A DNA stretch of 38,703 bases, from positions 1 through 38,703 of the IMG/VR virus record IMGVR_UViG_2724679538_000007; one strand, written 5' to 3'. Position numbers and translations under genes: made by a program. This stretch comes from a virus (lineage: Duplodnaviria > Heunggongvirae > Uroviricota > Caudoviricetes). The notes below the pieces were generated by a model, which was given only the letters and a program-made list of their open reading frames with translations, made no database searches and was not told the origin of the DNA. This document shows positions 27,761 through 38,226 of this stretch, piece by piece (the stretch's first letter is position 1; every line of letters begins with the position of its first letter).

Positions 27761-28427
27761 CGAAAGCTTCAAGAATAAATTGCTTCCCATGAATGGGTAT
27801 ATGAAAGGCGGCAGCGACTCCGGCTCTAAAGCCCAGGCACGCGCAACTGAAAAGGGTATCGAATTGCAGCGCGAAATGTGGCAGACGAACATGCAGAACC
27901 TTGCACCGTTCACACCACTCGCTCAGCAGTACGTATCACAGTTGCAGAATCTTTCCTCTCTTCAGGGGCAAGGTCAGGCTCTTAACCAGTATTACAACTC
28001 TCAGCAGTACAAAGACCTTGCAGGTCAGGCGCGCTATCAGAGTCTGGCAGCAGCAGAGGCAACGGGTGGATTAGGCTCTACAGCAACAGGAAACCAGTTA
28101 GCAGCAATCGCACCTACACTCGGTCAAAACTGGCTGTCAGGTCAGATGAACAACTACAACAATCTGGCAAACATTGGCCTTGGTGCTCTTACAGGTCAGG
28201 CAAACGCCGGGCAGAACTACGCTAACAACGTCAGCCAATTGTATCAACAGCAGGCGGCAGCATCTGCGGCGAATGCTAACCGACCATCAGGATTGCAATC
28301 AGCTTTGGGCGGTGCCATGAGCGGTGCGGCATCAGGGGCGATGATTGGCTCTGTGGTGCCTGGAATAGGTACAGCTGTTGGCGCTATTGGTGGCGGCATT
28401 ATCGGTGGTCTTGGATCATTGTTTTAA
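27747..28427 (+). CDS. Ejection (internal virion) protein, P22 gp7-like (226 aa)
   Basis: Gln/Ala/Gly-rich low-complexity protein with a Gly-rich hydrophobic C-terminus; GAGGAG RBS; synteny with P22 gene 7. Confidence 0.7.
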   Translation: MLVLSESFKNKLLPMNGYMKGGSDSGSKAQARATEKGIELQREMWQTNMQNLAPFTPLAQQYVSQLQNLSSLQGQGQALNQYYNSQQYKDLAGQARYQSLAAAEATGGLGSTATGNQLAAIAPTLGQNWLSGQMNNYNNLANIGLGALTGQANAGQNYANNVSQLYQQQAAASAANANRPSGLQSALGGAMSGAASGAMIGSVVPGIGTAVGAIGGGIIGGLGSLF

Positions 28428-28436
28428 GGTGGGAAT

Positions 28437-29909
28437 ATGGCTACTTGGCAACAAGGAATCAACTCAGGCGGTTTTCTTGCTGGTATCGGTGGGCAAAACT
28501 CAAATGCGCCAAAGGCAAGTGATGTAAGTGAGGCGTTGGCCTATATTCGCCAGAACAACGAAATGGAGCGTTCAGGGCGCAATAACATCGGCCTTCAGGC
28601 ATTGCAGGGACTTGGTAGTGTCGCTCAAACATATCAAGCCGCAAAGCAACAGGAAGCGGATGCTGCATTCCAAAAAGAATATGCGGCAGCCATCCAGTCC
28701 GGTGATCGACAGCAGGTTCGAGATCTGATGACCAAATATCCTGGTCAATTAGAGAAGATTCAGTCTGGTATGAAGTGGGCAGACGAAGACCAGCGCAATT
28801 CTATCGGCACCTTAGCGGCAGGCGCACGCCTTGCGGCCTCGTCTCCAGAAGCAATGCAATCATGGCTGCAAAACAACGCCAAGGAACTGGCGCGCGTCGG
28901 TGTTGACCCTAACAACGTTGCTCAGATGTATCAGCAGAATCCTTCAGGATTTGGTGAGTTTGTTGATCACCTTGGAATGGCTGCTCTTGGTCCGATTGAC
29001 TACTTCAATGTTCAGGACAAGATGGCAGGTCGTGAGATTGACCGAGGCAGGCTGGCAGAGACAATCCGCAGCAATCAGGCTGGCGAGGCACTTCAGGCGA
29101 GAGGGCAGGATATTAGCAGAGCAAATGCGTTAACGTCAGCATATGCACCAACAGCCGCAATGCAGAATTACAATCAGTACGCGCAAATGTTAAAGGCGGA
29201 TCCAGATGGTGCAGCGGCATTTGCGGCAGCGGCGGGAATTAATCCCAATGCTAAGAAATTACTTAAGGTTGAAACCAATCCTGATGGCTCGGTAACTAAG
29301 TATTACACCGATGGCAGCGAGGAAGCCGGAAAACTAAACCAACCTATATCTGGTGATGGCATTAAACCAATTAGTTTGCCACAAGCGCAAAGCATCATAG
29401 ATAAGGCTAATGAGGGTTCCAAGAAGGCGGCAGGATTTGCTTTGCGATTAAAAGATTCAATGGACTCAATGAATCAGCTTAGTAAAAGCATTGACCCTAA
29501 GCGAGTTGCATTAATAAATCGCTCTCTTGGTGATGGGACTATTGCAAATTTAAGCCTATCACCAGCGGAGCAGCAATATATGGTAAATGCGAGAGACGCC
29601 TTGTATGCAATTTTGCGCCCAGAAACAGGTGCAGCAATTACTCTGCCAGAGATGCAGGAGTATTCCAAAATGTACCTGCCTCAGCCTGGTGATTCCAAGG
29701 CTGCTACTGAAACAAAAATGCGAAAAATGCAGGGCCAATATAACTCATTACGTGGTCAGTCTGGTCGCGTTTATGATGCTTTGGTGGTTTCAAGTGCTGC
29801 AAATAGTCAACAACAGAGCAATAGCCAACAACCGACAAATACCCAACAGCAGCAGAGTCAATCCGGATCATATACCTCAAAATCAGGCATTCAATTTACG
29901 GTGGAATGA
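28437..29909 (+). CDS. Ejection protein, P22 gp20-like (490 aa)
   Basis: Synteny and size; AAGGTGG RBS. Confidence 0.75.
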   Translation: MATWQQGINSGGFLAGIGGQNSNAPKASDVSEALAYIRQNNEMERSGRNNIGLQALQGLGSVAQTYQAAKQQEADAAFQKEYAAAIQSGDRQQVRDLMTKYPGQLEKIQSGMKWADEDQRNSIGTLAAGARLAASSPEAMQSWLQNNAKELARVGVDPNNVAQMYQQNPSGFGEFVDHLGMAALGPIDYFNVQDKMAGREIDRGRLAETIRSNQAGEALQARGQDISRANALTSAYAPTAAMQNYNQYAQMLKADPDGAAAFAAAAGINPNAKKLLKVETNPDGSVTKYYTDGSEEAGKLNQPISGDGIKPISLPQAQSIIDKANEGSKKAAGFALRLKDSMDSMNQLSKSIDPKRVALINRSLGDGTIANLSLSPAEQQYMVNARDALYAILRPETGAAITLPEMQEYSKMYLPQPGDSKAATETKMRKMQGQYNSLRGQSGRVYDALVVSSAANSQQQSNSQQPTNTQQQQSQSGSYTSKSGIQFTVE

Positions 29910-31753
29910 TGAAAGTAACTGCAAACGGTAAGACATTTACCTTCCCTGATGGTACGAGCACGGAAGATATTGGCACCGCCATTGATGAGTATTTTGCTGG
30001 TCAGGCTGTTCAGCAACAAACAGTTAATCAGGTCAATAATGAACCAGCACGTGAAGAACCATCATTGATGCAACAAGCTGGCGATTGGCTCACAGGTGGT
30101 CAAAGTGCAGGGCAAATTGCAGAGCAGGCTGGTCGTGGTCTGGTAAACATACCATTTGACGTATTGCAGGGTGGCGCAAGTCTGATTAATGCAATCAGCC
30201 AGGGGCTTGGTGGCCCCAAGGTTTTGGACGATGTCTATCGTCCAGTAGATCGACCAACAGACCCTTATGCGCAAGCTGGAGAAACAATTGGCGGGTATTT
30301 AGTTCCAGGAGTTGGAACGGCAGGAAGCATGGCTATTGGATCACTGGCAGAGGCCGCAAATCAGAAAGGCGATTTCGCACAAAATGCAGCTAAAAATGCC
30401 GGAGTTAACCTTGCCGCTCAGGGTGTTCTTTCCGCAGCAGCAAAGGGAATAGGGCGTGGAATAACGGCTATAAAAGGTGATATTGCGCCAGAAGTGGCGA
30501 AGAAAATTGCCACATCAGAATCGATGGGCGTGACACCAATGACATCTGATGTTATCCCGCCGAAAAATGCTTTCACTCGCGGACTTACTCAGGATGCTGA
30601 GGGGGCTTTGCTCGGGACAGGCTCAAAGCGAGCGGAGCAATATGCAACGCGTAGTAAGCTGGTAAGCAATTATTTTGACCGTTTTGGTGAGTACAACCCT
30701 GATGATGTGGTGAAATCTCTTACCACCACGTTAAGGGGGCGGAAGGATGCCGCTGGCGCTGTTATCAATGACGTCACCAATAAAATGGGTAATGCCGCAG
30801 TTGATACCACAAATACCATGAATGCTCTGAATACAGCGATCGCAAGACAGGAACGGCTTGGGACGTCTGCCAATCAAAGCCTGCTTACATCCTTGCGTAA
30901 CCTACGTGAAGAATTAGCAAACCCTGCAACTGATTTGGATGTTACGTTTGATCTCTTGCGTCAGCACAGAACAGCATTTAGATCTAATGTTCAGGGAGAT
31001 GCTATGGTCTTCCCCAACCAGGCAAAAGCAGCTACCAATATGGTAGAGAATGCAATGTCAAAAGACCTTCGTAACGCAGTTGCTAAAAACCTCGGTGCAT
31101 CAGACGCAGCAAAATACCTTAAAGCAAATTCCGATTATGCAAACGTTTATAATAAGGTGCTTAATAAAAACATTGCCAACAAGCTCAACAAGGCAAGCAG
31201 TGAAGCCAGTCCTGAACTTATAAATACCGTTGTATTAAGCAGAAAACCATCTGACGTGAAACGAATCTGGAGCGCACTGGATGATAAGGGGAAAGATGCT
31301 ATGCGTGCAGCTTACGTCAGCAAAATAGCGGAAAAGGCCGGGGACTCTCCAGCCAAGTTCATCACTGAAGTTAATAAGCTGAAATCTCAGTCAGGCGGTG
31401 AAATTTACAACACTATTTTTTCTGGAAAGCACATGAAAGAGCTTGATGCTCTTCATGAAGTTCTACAGCAAACAGCAAGGTCAGACACCGCAAATGTAGT
31501 AACTCAGACGGGGCAATCGCAAGCCAACAGGATAAGGACGATTGGCGCAACTGCGACCCTTGGCGTATCAATGGGGCTTGAGGCTGGTTTTGGTGCAATG
31601 ATGCGCTTGTATGAGTCCAAAGCAGCAAGGAATGCTCTCTTACGTCTGGCAAACACTAAAACTGGAACGCCAGCTTATGAAAGAGCGCTAAATAATGCTG
31701 CAAATGCGATACGCCCTATACTTTCAAGCCAAATTACAGCAGAACAGCAATAA
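29906..31753 (+). CDS. Ejection protein, P22 gp16-like (615 aa)
   Basis: Synteny and size (P22 gp16 is about 609 aa); start overlaps the gp20 stop. Confidence 0.75.
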   Translation: MMKVTANGKTFTFPDGTSTEDIGTAIDEYFAGQAVQQQTVNQVNNEPAREEPSLMQQAGDWLTGGQSAGQIAEQAGRGLVNIPFDVLQGGASLINAISQGLGGPKVLDDVYRPVDRPTDPYAQAGETIGGYLVPGVGTAGSMAIGSLAEAANQKGDFAQNAAKNAGVNLAAQGVLSAAAKGIGRGITAIKGDIAPEVAKKIATSESMGVTPMTSDVIPPKNAFTRGLTQDAEGALLGTGSKRAEQYATRSKLVSNYFDRFGEYNPDDVVKSLTTTLRGRKDAAGAVINDVTNKMGNAAVDTTNTMNALNTAIARQERLGTSANQSLLTSLRNLREELANPATDLDVTFDLLRQHRTAFRSNVQGDAMVFPNQAKAATNMVENAMSKDLRNAVAKNLGASDAAKYLKANSDYANVYNKVLNKNIANKLNKASSEASPELINTVVLSRKPSDVKRIWSALDDKGKDAMRAAYVSKIAEKAGDSPAKFITEVNKLKSQSGGEIYNTIFSGKHMKELDALHEVLQQTARSDTANVVTQTGQSQANRIRTIGATATLGVSMGLEAGFGAMMRLYESKAARNALLRLANTKTGTPAYERALNNAANAIRPILSSQITAEQQ

Positions 31754-31767
31754 AAGATAAGATATAA

Positions 31768-32253
31768 CTACCTGATATTACTGCTACTGTTGCATGTTAC
31801 CGTGTTTCCAAATCCTGAATTGCAGTTTGTATATGTGTCAACGCGTGTTGGGTAAGGTTGAGTTATAACAGGCTGGCGCGCTTTTTGCTCGATCGCTTGC
31901 ATTGTGTTTACAGCCTGATAATTCAATAAAGCCTGCTGGAATGCTTGGCTTTGTGCTATTTGTTGGGCTTGTTCTTGGCTTTGTAATTGAACATAAAGAT
32001 TCTGAAGCTCAAGTCTTGCCTGTGCGTCACTTATCTTGCCTTCATCGACACCTTGCCCGAGCATCTTTGCAGCAAGGACATACAGCTTAGGTGTTGGTGC
32101 TGATGCCATGCGTGAGTCGTTCTTCACACTGGCATCAAGGCAATTAGCCATATCGCTAAGCTTTTGATAGCGTTGTTCGCAACTTGCTTGATAGTCACTT
32201 ACTTTTGCGCATCCAACCAGAAGAAGCGGGATAATTAACAGTGATTTTTTCAT
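31768..32253 (-). CDS. Lipoprotein (161 aa), antisense to the late operon; candidate superinfection-exclusion factor
   Basis: Signal peptide plus lipobox MKKSLLIIPLLLVGC; AAGGAG RBS; occupies the P22 sieA/immI position between gene 16 and the tailspike. Confidence 0.7.
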   Translation of the reverse strand: MKKSLLIIPLLLVGCAKVSDYQASCEQRYQKLSDMANCLDASVKNDSRMASAPTPKLYVLAAKMLGQGVDEGKISDAQARLELQNLYVQLQSQEQAQQIAQSQAFQQALLNYQAVNTMQAIEQKARQPVITQPYPTRVDTYTNCNSGFGNTVTCNSSSNIR

Positions 32254-32287
32254 ATAATTAACTCTCCTTAGTTTTTAGCAGGATACC

Positions 32288-32653
32288 ATGAAAAAAGTTA
32301 ACATTGGAAACGTACCAAAGATGCTCGTTCCGCTCTTTGAGAGCGGTACAATTGTGTTTTGTAGAGACTTTCCAGAATGGCAACGCCTGCATCAAAAACT
32401 TGGTGTGGACGTGCATGACTCGGACGCCAACGGAGCGTCTCATACAATGAGTAGCGAGAATGGTGTTTTGCATGTGATAGGCGTGTTCAATGGCAAACTA
32501 TCTACCATTGCCCATGAGTGCGCTCACATGGCATTCGATATCTGCTCAAGGGTAGGTGTTGATGTTGAACCAGGAAGAGCCAACGAGACTTACTGCTACT
32601 TAATGAGCAGGCTTGTTGAGTTCTGCGAGCGACATATCAAAAAGCCGGAGTGA
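32288..32653 (+). CDS. Small HExxH-motif protein (121 aa), possible zinc metallopeptidase-like regulator
   Basis: Motif IAHECAHMAFD (HExxH); ATG with AGGA RBS; diverges from the lipoprotein gene with only 34 bp between start codons. Confidence 0.5.
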   Translation: MKKVNIGNVPKMLVPLFESGTIVFCRDFPEWQRLHQKLGVDVHDSDANGASHTMSSENGVLHVIGVFNGKLSTIAHECAHMAFDICSRVGVDVEPGRANETYCYLMSRLVEFCERHIKKPE

Positions 32654-32666
32654 CCCGGCTTGATTA

Positions 32667-32846
32667 TTACTTTTTGCTGTCTGGAGTTCGCTTATCCAAT
32701 ACCCAGCCATGACCTGGCTTTGTTGTTGGTGGAAGCCTTTCGTTGTCCTTGACGGTTGCAAAATTGTCTTTCTTACCGCCGCGTGGGCCAACTTCTTGGT
32801 ATATTCCGCCGTTTTTTCCAGTGTTTTCACCTGGTTTTTTCGCCAT
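32667..32846 (-). CDS. YjzC-like small protein (59 aa)
   Basis: MAKKPGENTGKNGGIYQEVGPRGG resembles the YjzC-family motif (PGE..NG.Y.E.G..G) from memory; GAGGT RBS; track ORF is longer (32667..32861). Confidence 0.5.
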   Translation of the reverse strand: MAKKPGENTGKNGGIYQEVGPRGGKKDNFATVKDNERLPPTTKPGHGWVLDKRTPDSKK

Positions 32847-33007
32847 GATATACCTCAACATACACCCGTTATTGGGCGATTAAATATTGATCTCATTTTA
32901 TAAGTAGTCAATATGGTCTTGGTAATGTCAAAAATTAACCAATCGTCATCTGGGGTATCCGTAAAAACTCTTCAGTACATAACTACTGACAGATAACCAA
33001 CGCAAAG

Positions 33008-33032
33008 ACCCAGCTTCGGCTGGGTTTTTTTA
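33008..33032 (+). terminator. Hairpin plus T-tract upstream of the tailspike gene
   Basis: ACCCAGC-ttcg-GCTGGGT followed by TTTTTTTAT. Confidence 0.5.
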
Positions 33033-33089
33033 TGCCCAAAATTCACCGTAGCCATGCTGCGGCGATTCCTTGTATCTGGAGCAAATTAA

Positions 33090-34991
33090 ATGACAGATTC
33101 AATAAATGCCAATGTTGTAGTGAGTATGCCTTCGCAACTCTTCACTATGGCTCGTTCTTTTAAAGCCGTAGCCAATGGCAAAATTTATATCGGGAAAATT
33201 GACACTGATCCGGTAAATCCTGAAAACCGGATTCAGGTTTATGTAGAGAACGAAGACGGCTCTCACGTTCCTGTTTCTCAACCAATCATCATTAACGCTG
33301 CTGGTTATCCGGTATATAACGGACAGATTGCTAAATTCGTAACTGTGCAAGGCCATTCCATGGCTGTTTATGATGCGTATGGTGCACAGCAATTCTATTT
33401 TCCTAATGTGCTGAAGTATGACCCTGACCAGTTCAAACCTGAACTACAAGGTGCCAATGGAGCAAGCTTAATTGGTACTAATCATCGCGGCACCTTAAAG
33501 GCTGACTTAGATCGCATTGACAATAGAACGTCGGGACAGTCCATCGCAGATTTAAAGTCTAATACTGGTGATATTGTTATCGACTCCTCTGTTACGGACG
33601 CAATCACCCCAATTTCAGGCAGCGAGATATCTGGGGCGAGTAACGGGGAACATGTCACCGCTAAGGGTACTGTCGGGATTACTATAAATGATAGCAGGGT
33701 TAAGGTTGATAACTTGCTAATGCGCGGCGACGGCACTGTAGACTACACGGACACCTCACCGACATATAATGCCATTATCTATGGCTCGGACGTTGTTGTG
33801 TCCCGTTCATACGCTAAAGACACGACAATGGGGTACGACTTGGCCGCCGGTGCTTCCAACGTTAAGCTAATTGGTAATACAAGTGAAAATATGACGTCGC
33901 ACCCCGCCGTTGGTACACCACCTGTTTCAGCCGGTGGCTATGGTGTGCTTCTGGGAACTAACGAGGACGTATTAATCCTGGGCCATTCTGCTAAGGGCAC
34001 AAACCCTGCTGACCGCCACGCAGTATACCTATCAAATACGAACAACACTGACCAGAACAAAGATGTTCGGGTAATCGGCTTACGTGCGGATTACAGCGCA
34101 GGTCCATCCGCGGGGGATAAGCCGGAGCGGTCATCACCTATGATATTCGCCCGCGGCAACAACGGCGTCATTATCAGTTCTTCCCAACTCCGTGGCGGCG
34201 GAGCCGGTATAAATTTCACAGATGAGCGCGTAGGATACAGTTCAATAACCTTGAGTGATTTGCAATTACTGGATATTCGTAAGAATACCGCGGATGAGTC
34301 ATGGGGTATCGCACTCAACCACGCGTCTGCTAACGCTTCCAATGTCAACACCCAGAATATTATTAACGGCGTTAATATAGTAATGGCGCCCGGGAGCACA
34401 TCTGCCGACAGGTCGAATCAGTACCCTATACACCTTAATTCACAGCGGTATGTAAATATTGATAATGCCATCATAGCATCGTCGGGGTTGGCGTACGGAA
34501 TACGCCTGATAGCTACAAGTTACTGTAATATCAGTAATGTAGTAGGGTTTACTAACGATGGGACATCTGCCGCGGCGGCCGTGGCGTTCTTCCAGTTTCA
34601 GAACGGAAGCAGTAATATTAAATTAAGCAATATAAACGTCCAATCAAGAAATACAATGTTCGCAGGGCTGGATAATGTAACCGACTTGCAAGTGGATTGG
34701 GTGCGTAAAGTTCGCATTAACGTTGTATCTGGAGCGGCTACAGTATCAGGGGATATATGGGAACTAGTTAGCGGCGTAACCGTCACTGGGGCGAGTATAG
34801 CTGTTCAACTTAAGGGCCATGTAACACAAACCGCTGCTGATGGCGCTATCGTAAGGCCGGCTAGTGCTAATCAATTTATTGTTGCTGGCACTGACTCTAA
34901 AAGGATTACAATTTCTGTATATAACGTTAATGGCACTGGTGTTGTGCCAAACACTGGTACTTATTCGTTCGATATTGTGCTATATAAATAG
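33090..34991 (+). CDS. Tailspike protein (P22 gp9-like N-terminal head-binding domain, divergent receptor-binding domain; 633 aa)
   Basis: N-terminal about 120 aa parallel P22 tailspike (ANVVVS ... [22 protein letters not shown] ... [12 protein letters not shown] ... NVLKYDPDQ); the rest is unrelated by eye and Gly/Asn/Ser-rich, consistent with a beta-helix. Confidence 0.88.
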   Translation: MTDSINANVVVSMPSQLFTMARSFKAVANGKIYIGKIDTDPVNPENRIQVYVENEDGSHVPVSQPIIINAAGYPVYNGQIAKFVTVQGHSMAVYDAYGAQQFYFPNVLKYDPDQFKPELQGANGASLIGTNHRGTLKADLDRIDNRTSGQSIADLKSNTGDIVIDSSVTDAITPISGSEISGASNGEHVTAKGTVGITINDSRVKVDNLLMRGDGTVDYTDTSPTYNAIIYGSDVVVSRSYAKDTTMGYDLAAGASNVKLIGNTSENMTSHPAVGTPPVSAGGYGVLLGTNEDVLILGHSAKGTNPADRHAVYLSNTNNTDQNKDVRVIGLRADYSAGPSAGDKPERSSPMIFARGNNGVIISSSQLRGGGAGINFTDERVGYSSITLSDLQLLDIRKNTADESWGIALNHASANASNVNTQNIINGVNIVMAPGSTSADRSNQYPIHLNSQRYVNIDNAIIASSGLAYGIRLIATSYCNISNVVGFTNDGTSAAAAVAFFQFQNGSSNIKLSNINVQSRNTMFAGLDNVTDLQVDWVRKVRINVVSGAATVSGDIWELVSGVTVTGASIAVQLKGHVTQTAADGAIVRPASANQFIVAGTDSKRITISVYNVNGTGVVPNTGTYSFDIVLYK

Positions 34992-35015
34992 GGCATCATT
35001 GCCCTATTTATTGTT
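34991..35015. terminator. Hairpin between the convergent tailspike and gtrC-like genes
   Basis: AGGGCA-tcat-TGCCCT followed by ATTTATTGTT. Confidence 0.4.
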
Positions 35016-35050
35016 ATCCATGGATCACTTCTTGGTAAGGTGGTCTTTAA

Positions 35051-36499
35051 CTATCGACATTTGTTGAAGTCAAATATCATTGTGTCATTATGAATAAGTG
35101 TGGTGTAGATACTATTACTTCTGTATGGTTTTTTGCACGATGATGCCAATGCAGATGGTAAGTTTATCTTAGAATCATAATCTACTTTTATTCCCATGCT
35201 GTTAAAAATAAATGCCCCAAACATCCAGTCTGATCTGATATATGATGGAGTAATCATGCCAATGATTCCGATTTTTTCATTAGCGTTTTGTACTGGTTGA
35301 GGAAATGAAGTTAACCCATTAAATCTTATTTTAGTTATATTTTGGCTTGATGTTATGTCCTTAGCCATAGAATAAAATAAAAATTCCTCTTTGCTCTTCT
35401 GTGCTTGTAAGGAATTCCCATACATGTAACTAACAATAAAGCACGAGAAAATTAAAGGGATAGGTGTGAAAAACGTCCATCTATTGGCGCTTGAAGATAT
35501 AATATAAACTGAAAAAAACATGAGACCAGAAAATCCTACTAATACCCTGGGATATACAACAGGTTCATCTAGAATAAAAAGAACGCCAATAACAGATAAT
35601 AATACGCCAAATATGCATATTAATGTAGCTATTGTCGTGTTAATTGTTTTTCTTTGAAATGCATTTGTGAATGACATTGCTATTGCTATTGATAATGTTA
35701 TAGCAAATATACCCCCCAGAAATCCCGAAAGAGCCTTTAATATCATACTTGTGTAAATTTTGTAATTTTCTGATACATTAAATGCAAGACCTTTTACATT
35801 TAATGCTAATTGAGCATGGTTTGTGCTATATGCGCCAGAAACATAAATGCTAGCAATTAGTAGTTTATAAATAATAAGTGCGGCAGTTAATGCCAGTATA
35901 TATACTGAAATATTCTTAAGAAGTGTTGTTATATTATCTGTTGATTTTAAAATAATACAATTCAAACAAGTGAGAGCAATAAATATGTTTACTGATGATT
36001 GATACAGGCTTAAAGTAAAAACCAACAGAATGATCGATGTCGCGAAATTTATAAAACTTTTGTTTTTTAAAAGAAGTGCGGCGGACACAACAGATAATGA
36101 CACAGAGAGTGACATTGTAAATACGTCAAATTTGTAAGACAAATTTTGAAGATAAAAAGGTGATACAATCAAAGATAGTGAAATTAATACTACCCTAAAT
36201 TTTCCTTCGAGTTTGGTTATGAAACAATAATAATAACAAGAGGTTATCATTGTTAACATTGATAGCAAAAGAGGCATTGGTGATATGTTGATAACCTTAC
36301 CACCAAATGACATACCTTTAATTATCCATTCTGCAAGCGGTCTACCATTGTCTGCCCATCTTGCATATCCAGCAATATTTCTTGATATGTCGTCAATGTA
36401 GAAAACATTGCCAATAATCAATGGTAATGAGTATAGAATAGCAAGTGTAATGGCATAGGTATATCCATTACGTTTTAAATACATTATAAATGAGTTCAT
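35051..36499 (-). CDS. Serotype-specific O-antigen glucosyltransferase, GtrC-type polytopic membrane protein (482 aa)
   Basis: Third gene of a gtrA-gtrB-X operon; many predicted TM helices; strongly AT-rich relative to the rest of the prophage; GtrC-type proteins are typically this divergent. Confidence 0.7.
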   Translation of the reverse strand: MNSFIMYLKRNGYTYAITLAILYSLPLIIGNVFYIDDISRNIAGYARWADNGRPLAEWIIKGMSFGGKVINISPMPLLLSMLTMITSCYYYCFITKLEGKFRVVLISLSLIVSPFYLQNLSYKFDVFTMSLSVSLSVVSAALLLKNKSFINFATSIILLVFTLSLYQSSVNIFIALTCLNCIILKSTDNITTLLKNISVYILALTAALIIYKLLIASIYVSGAYSTNHAQLALNVKGLAFNVSENYKIYTSMILKALSGFLGGIFAITLSIAIAMSFTNAFQRKTINTTIATLICIFGVLLSVIGVLFILDEPVVYPRVLVGFSGLMFFSVYIISSSANRWTFFTPIPLIFSCFIVSYMYGNSLQAQKSKEEFLFYSMAKDITSSQNITKIRFNGLTSFPQPVQNANEKIGIIGMITPSYIRSDWMFGAFIFNSMGIKVDYDSKINLPSALASSCKKPYRSNSIYTTLIHNDTMIFDFNKCR

Positions 36500-37416
36500 T
36501 GTGTTTTACCTTTTATTATATAACGAGGTCTCATCTTTGTTTCTGTGTAAATTCTTCCAATGTATTCACCTAGCACACCAATACCTATCAATTGGACGCC
36601 GCCAAGGAACAGAATAGACACGAGCAATGAAGGATAACCACGAACAGGGTTTCCAAACACCAGTGTGTCAAGAATCATCAACGCACCGTAAATAAATGCC
36701 ATACTGGCAACAAAAAGCCCGATATAAGTCCACATGCGTAGTGGGAATGTTGAGAAACTTGTTATTCCCTCAAGGGCTAAATTCCACAACTTCCATCCGT
36801 TAAATTTCGTGCTCCCTGCTACACGTTCGGCGCGAACATATTCTACAACATCAGTCTTTCCGCCAACCCAACTCAGTATACCCTTCATGAATAGGTTGCG
36901 TTCTTGCATGAGCTTAATATTTTCTACAACTTCACGGCTCATTAACCGGAAATCACCAACATTTTCCTCAATCTTTGGATTACTTATTTTGTTGTGTAGC
37001 TTATAGAACCACTCAGCAGTTTTGCGCTTCAGACGACCATCAGTAGATCGATCTGATCGTTTGGCAAGAACCATATCAGCGCCTGCCTGCCACTTTTCTA
37101 TAAGATGAGGAATAACCTCAATCGGGTCTTGCAGGTCAACATCAATTGGAATCACGGCATCGCCAGTTGCATGGTCTAACCCTGCAAACAATGCTGGTTC
37201 TTTACCAAAGTTGCGTGTAAATGACAGCGGAACAACTAGCGGATCAGAAACAGCCAGAGCGTTAATGATTGACTCCGTAGCGTCTTTGCTTCCGTCATTT
37301 ATGAAAACAATTTCTACTTCATATGACTTCAACTCTTCGAATTCACGTACCGTTTTATAGAAAATTGGTATCGCTTCTTCTTCATTGAAGACAGGAACGA
37401 CCAGAGATATCTTCAT
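36496..37416 (-). CDS. gtrB: Bactoprenol glucosyltransferase GtrB (GT2 family, 306 aa)
   Basis: [19 protein letters not shown] ... INDGSKD ... two C-terminal TM helices; typical GtrB organisation. Confidence 0.92.
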   Translation of the reverse strand: MKISLVVPVFNEEEAIPIFYKTVREFEELKSYEVEIVFINDGSKDATESIINALAVSDPLVVPLSFTRNFGKEPALFAGLDHATGDAVIPIDVDLQDPIEVIPHLIEKWQAGADMVLAKRSDRSTDGRLKRKTAEWFYKLHNKISNPKIEENVGDFRLMSREVVENIKLMQERNLFMKGILSWVGGKTDVVEYVRAERVAGSTKFNGWKLWNLALEGITSFSTFPLRMWTYIGLFVASMAFIYGALMILDTLVFGNPVRGYPSLLVSILFLGGVQLIGIGVLGEYIGRIYTETKMRPRYIIKGKTQ

Positions 37417-37775
37417 TTCGCATCCCTAAAGACAATGAACTTTGAATAGACGAAACCGCACACCAGGCTGATGGCGGAGAAAGTGATAAGGGTGACCATC
37501 GGGGGAAGTGCGCATCTATCAGCAGCCCACCCGACGACAACACTCAAGGTTCCCATGAATCCCACGTATAACAAGTAACGCATCGTTGTAGTCGATGCTT
37601 TGAATGTGAATCTTGCATTCGCGAAGAAGCTAAAGCTCACAGCTACTATGAAACCTGCGAAGTTTGCCATAGCTTGATTTGTATGCGCTGCATAGATACA
37701 TACACCAAAAACCACCCAGTGTATAAGTGTGTTCAGCACACCAATTGAGGTGTACTTTGCAAATAGCTTTAACAT
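37413..37775 (-). CDS. gtrA: GtrA-type flippase (small four-TM protein, 120 aa)
   Basis: Size, hydrophobicity and position as the first gene of the gtr operon, overlapping the gtrB start. Confidence 0.88.
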   Translation of the reverse strand: MLKLFAKYTSIGVLNTLIHWVVFGVCIYAAHTNQAMANFAGFIVAVSFSFFANARFTFKASTTTMRYLLYVGFMGTLSVVVGWAADRCALPPMVTLITFSAISLVCGFVYSKFIVFRDAK

Positions 37776-37929
37776 TTATTTAATCAATGAGTTCTGAAGG
37801 GCATGAAGTCTATCATCCAAGTCTCAATCGATCGATACTTGGTGTGGTTGATGGGGCAAAACTGAGACACAAAAAGCTTTGCACTGAATTGCAAGGCTTA
37901 GTGCATTCTCTGGAGTGCGATATGTTCTG

Positions 37930-37975
37930 ATGACAAAAAATTAGCGCAAGAAGACAAAAAATCACCTTGCGCTAA
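37930..37975 (-). terminator. Perfect 10-bp inverted repeat plus U-tract between host ybhB and the gtr operon (minus strand)
   Basis: Plus strand TTAGCGCAAG-aagacaaaaaatcac-CTTGCGCTAA; on the minus strand the hairpin is followed by ATTTTTTGT. Confidence 0.5.
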
Positions 37976-37977
37976 TG

Positions 37978-38136
37978 CTCTGTCTCAGGTCACTAATACT
38001 ATCTAAGTAGTTGATTCATAGTGACTGCACATGCTGTGTTTTGCAGTATTATGTAGTCTATTATTTAGACAAAAATCTTCATAACGCATTGATATTAATG
38101 TTTTTTACTGTTTCTTGTTCAGCTTTTTTATACTAA
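37978..38136 (+). other. attR: lambda-type P arm with Int arm-type sites, ending in the 15-bp core GCTTTTTTATACTAA (38122-38136)
   Basis: caggtcactaatactatctaagtagttgattcatagtgactgca...cagcttttttatactaacttgagcgaaacggg parallels the lambda attP P arm and the core/attB B' junction as I recall them. Confidence 0.8.
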
Positions 38137-38226
38137 CTTGAGCGAAACGGGAAGGTAAAAAGACAAAAAGTTGTTTTTAATACCTTTAAGTGATACCAGA
38201 TGGCATTGCGCCATCTGGTTGAGCAA

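Larger units (their letters stand above)
1..38136. mobile_element. Lambdoid (lambda/P22 mosaic) prophage, right end defined by attR; left end (attL) lies upstream of position 1
   Basis: Contiguous phage gene order int-xis-early left-cI/cro-replication-nin-Q-lysis-terminase-head-tail-gtr, ending at a lambda att core followed by host ybhB. Confidence 0.9.

Noticed and set aside
32600-32830. 76-aa minus-strand ORF overlapping the 3' end of the HExxH gene and the YjzC-like gene in another frame
   Set aside because: The YjzC-like frame has a recognisable motif and RBS; this alternative frame has neither.
38195-38219. Hairpin CCAGATGGC-attgc-GCCATCTGG just downstream of ybhB
   Set aside because: No adjoining U-tract on either strand, so not a convincing intrinsic terminator; could be a host REP-like element or chance palindrome.
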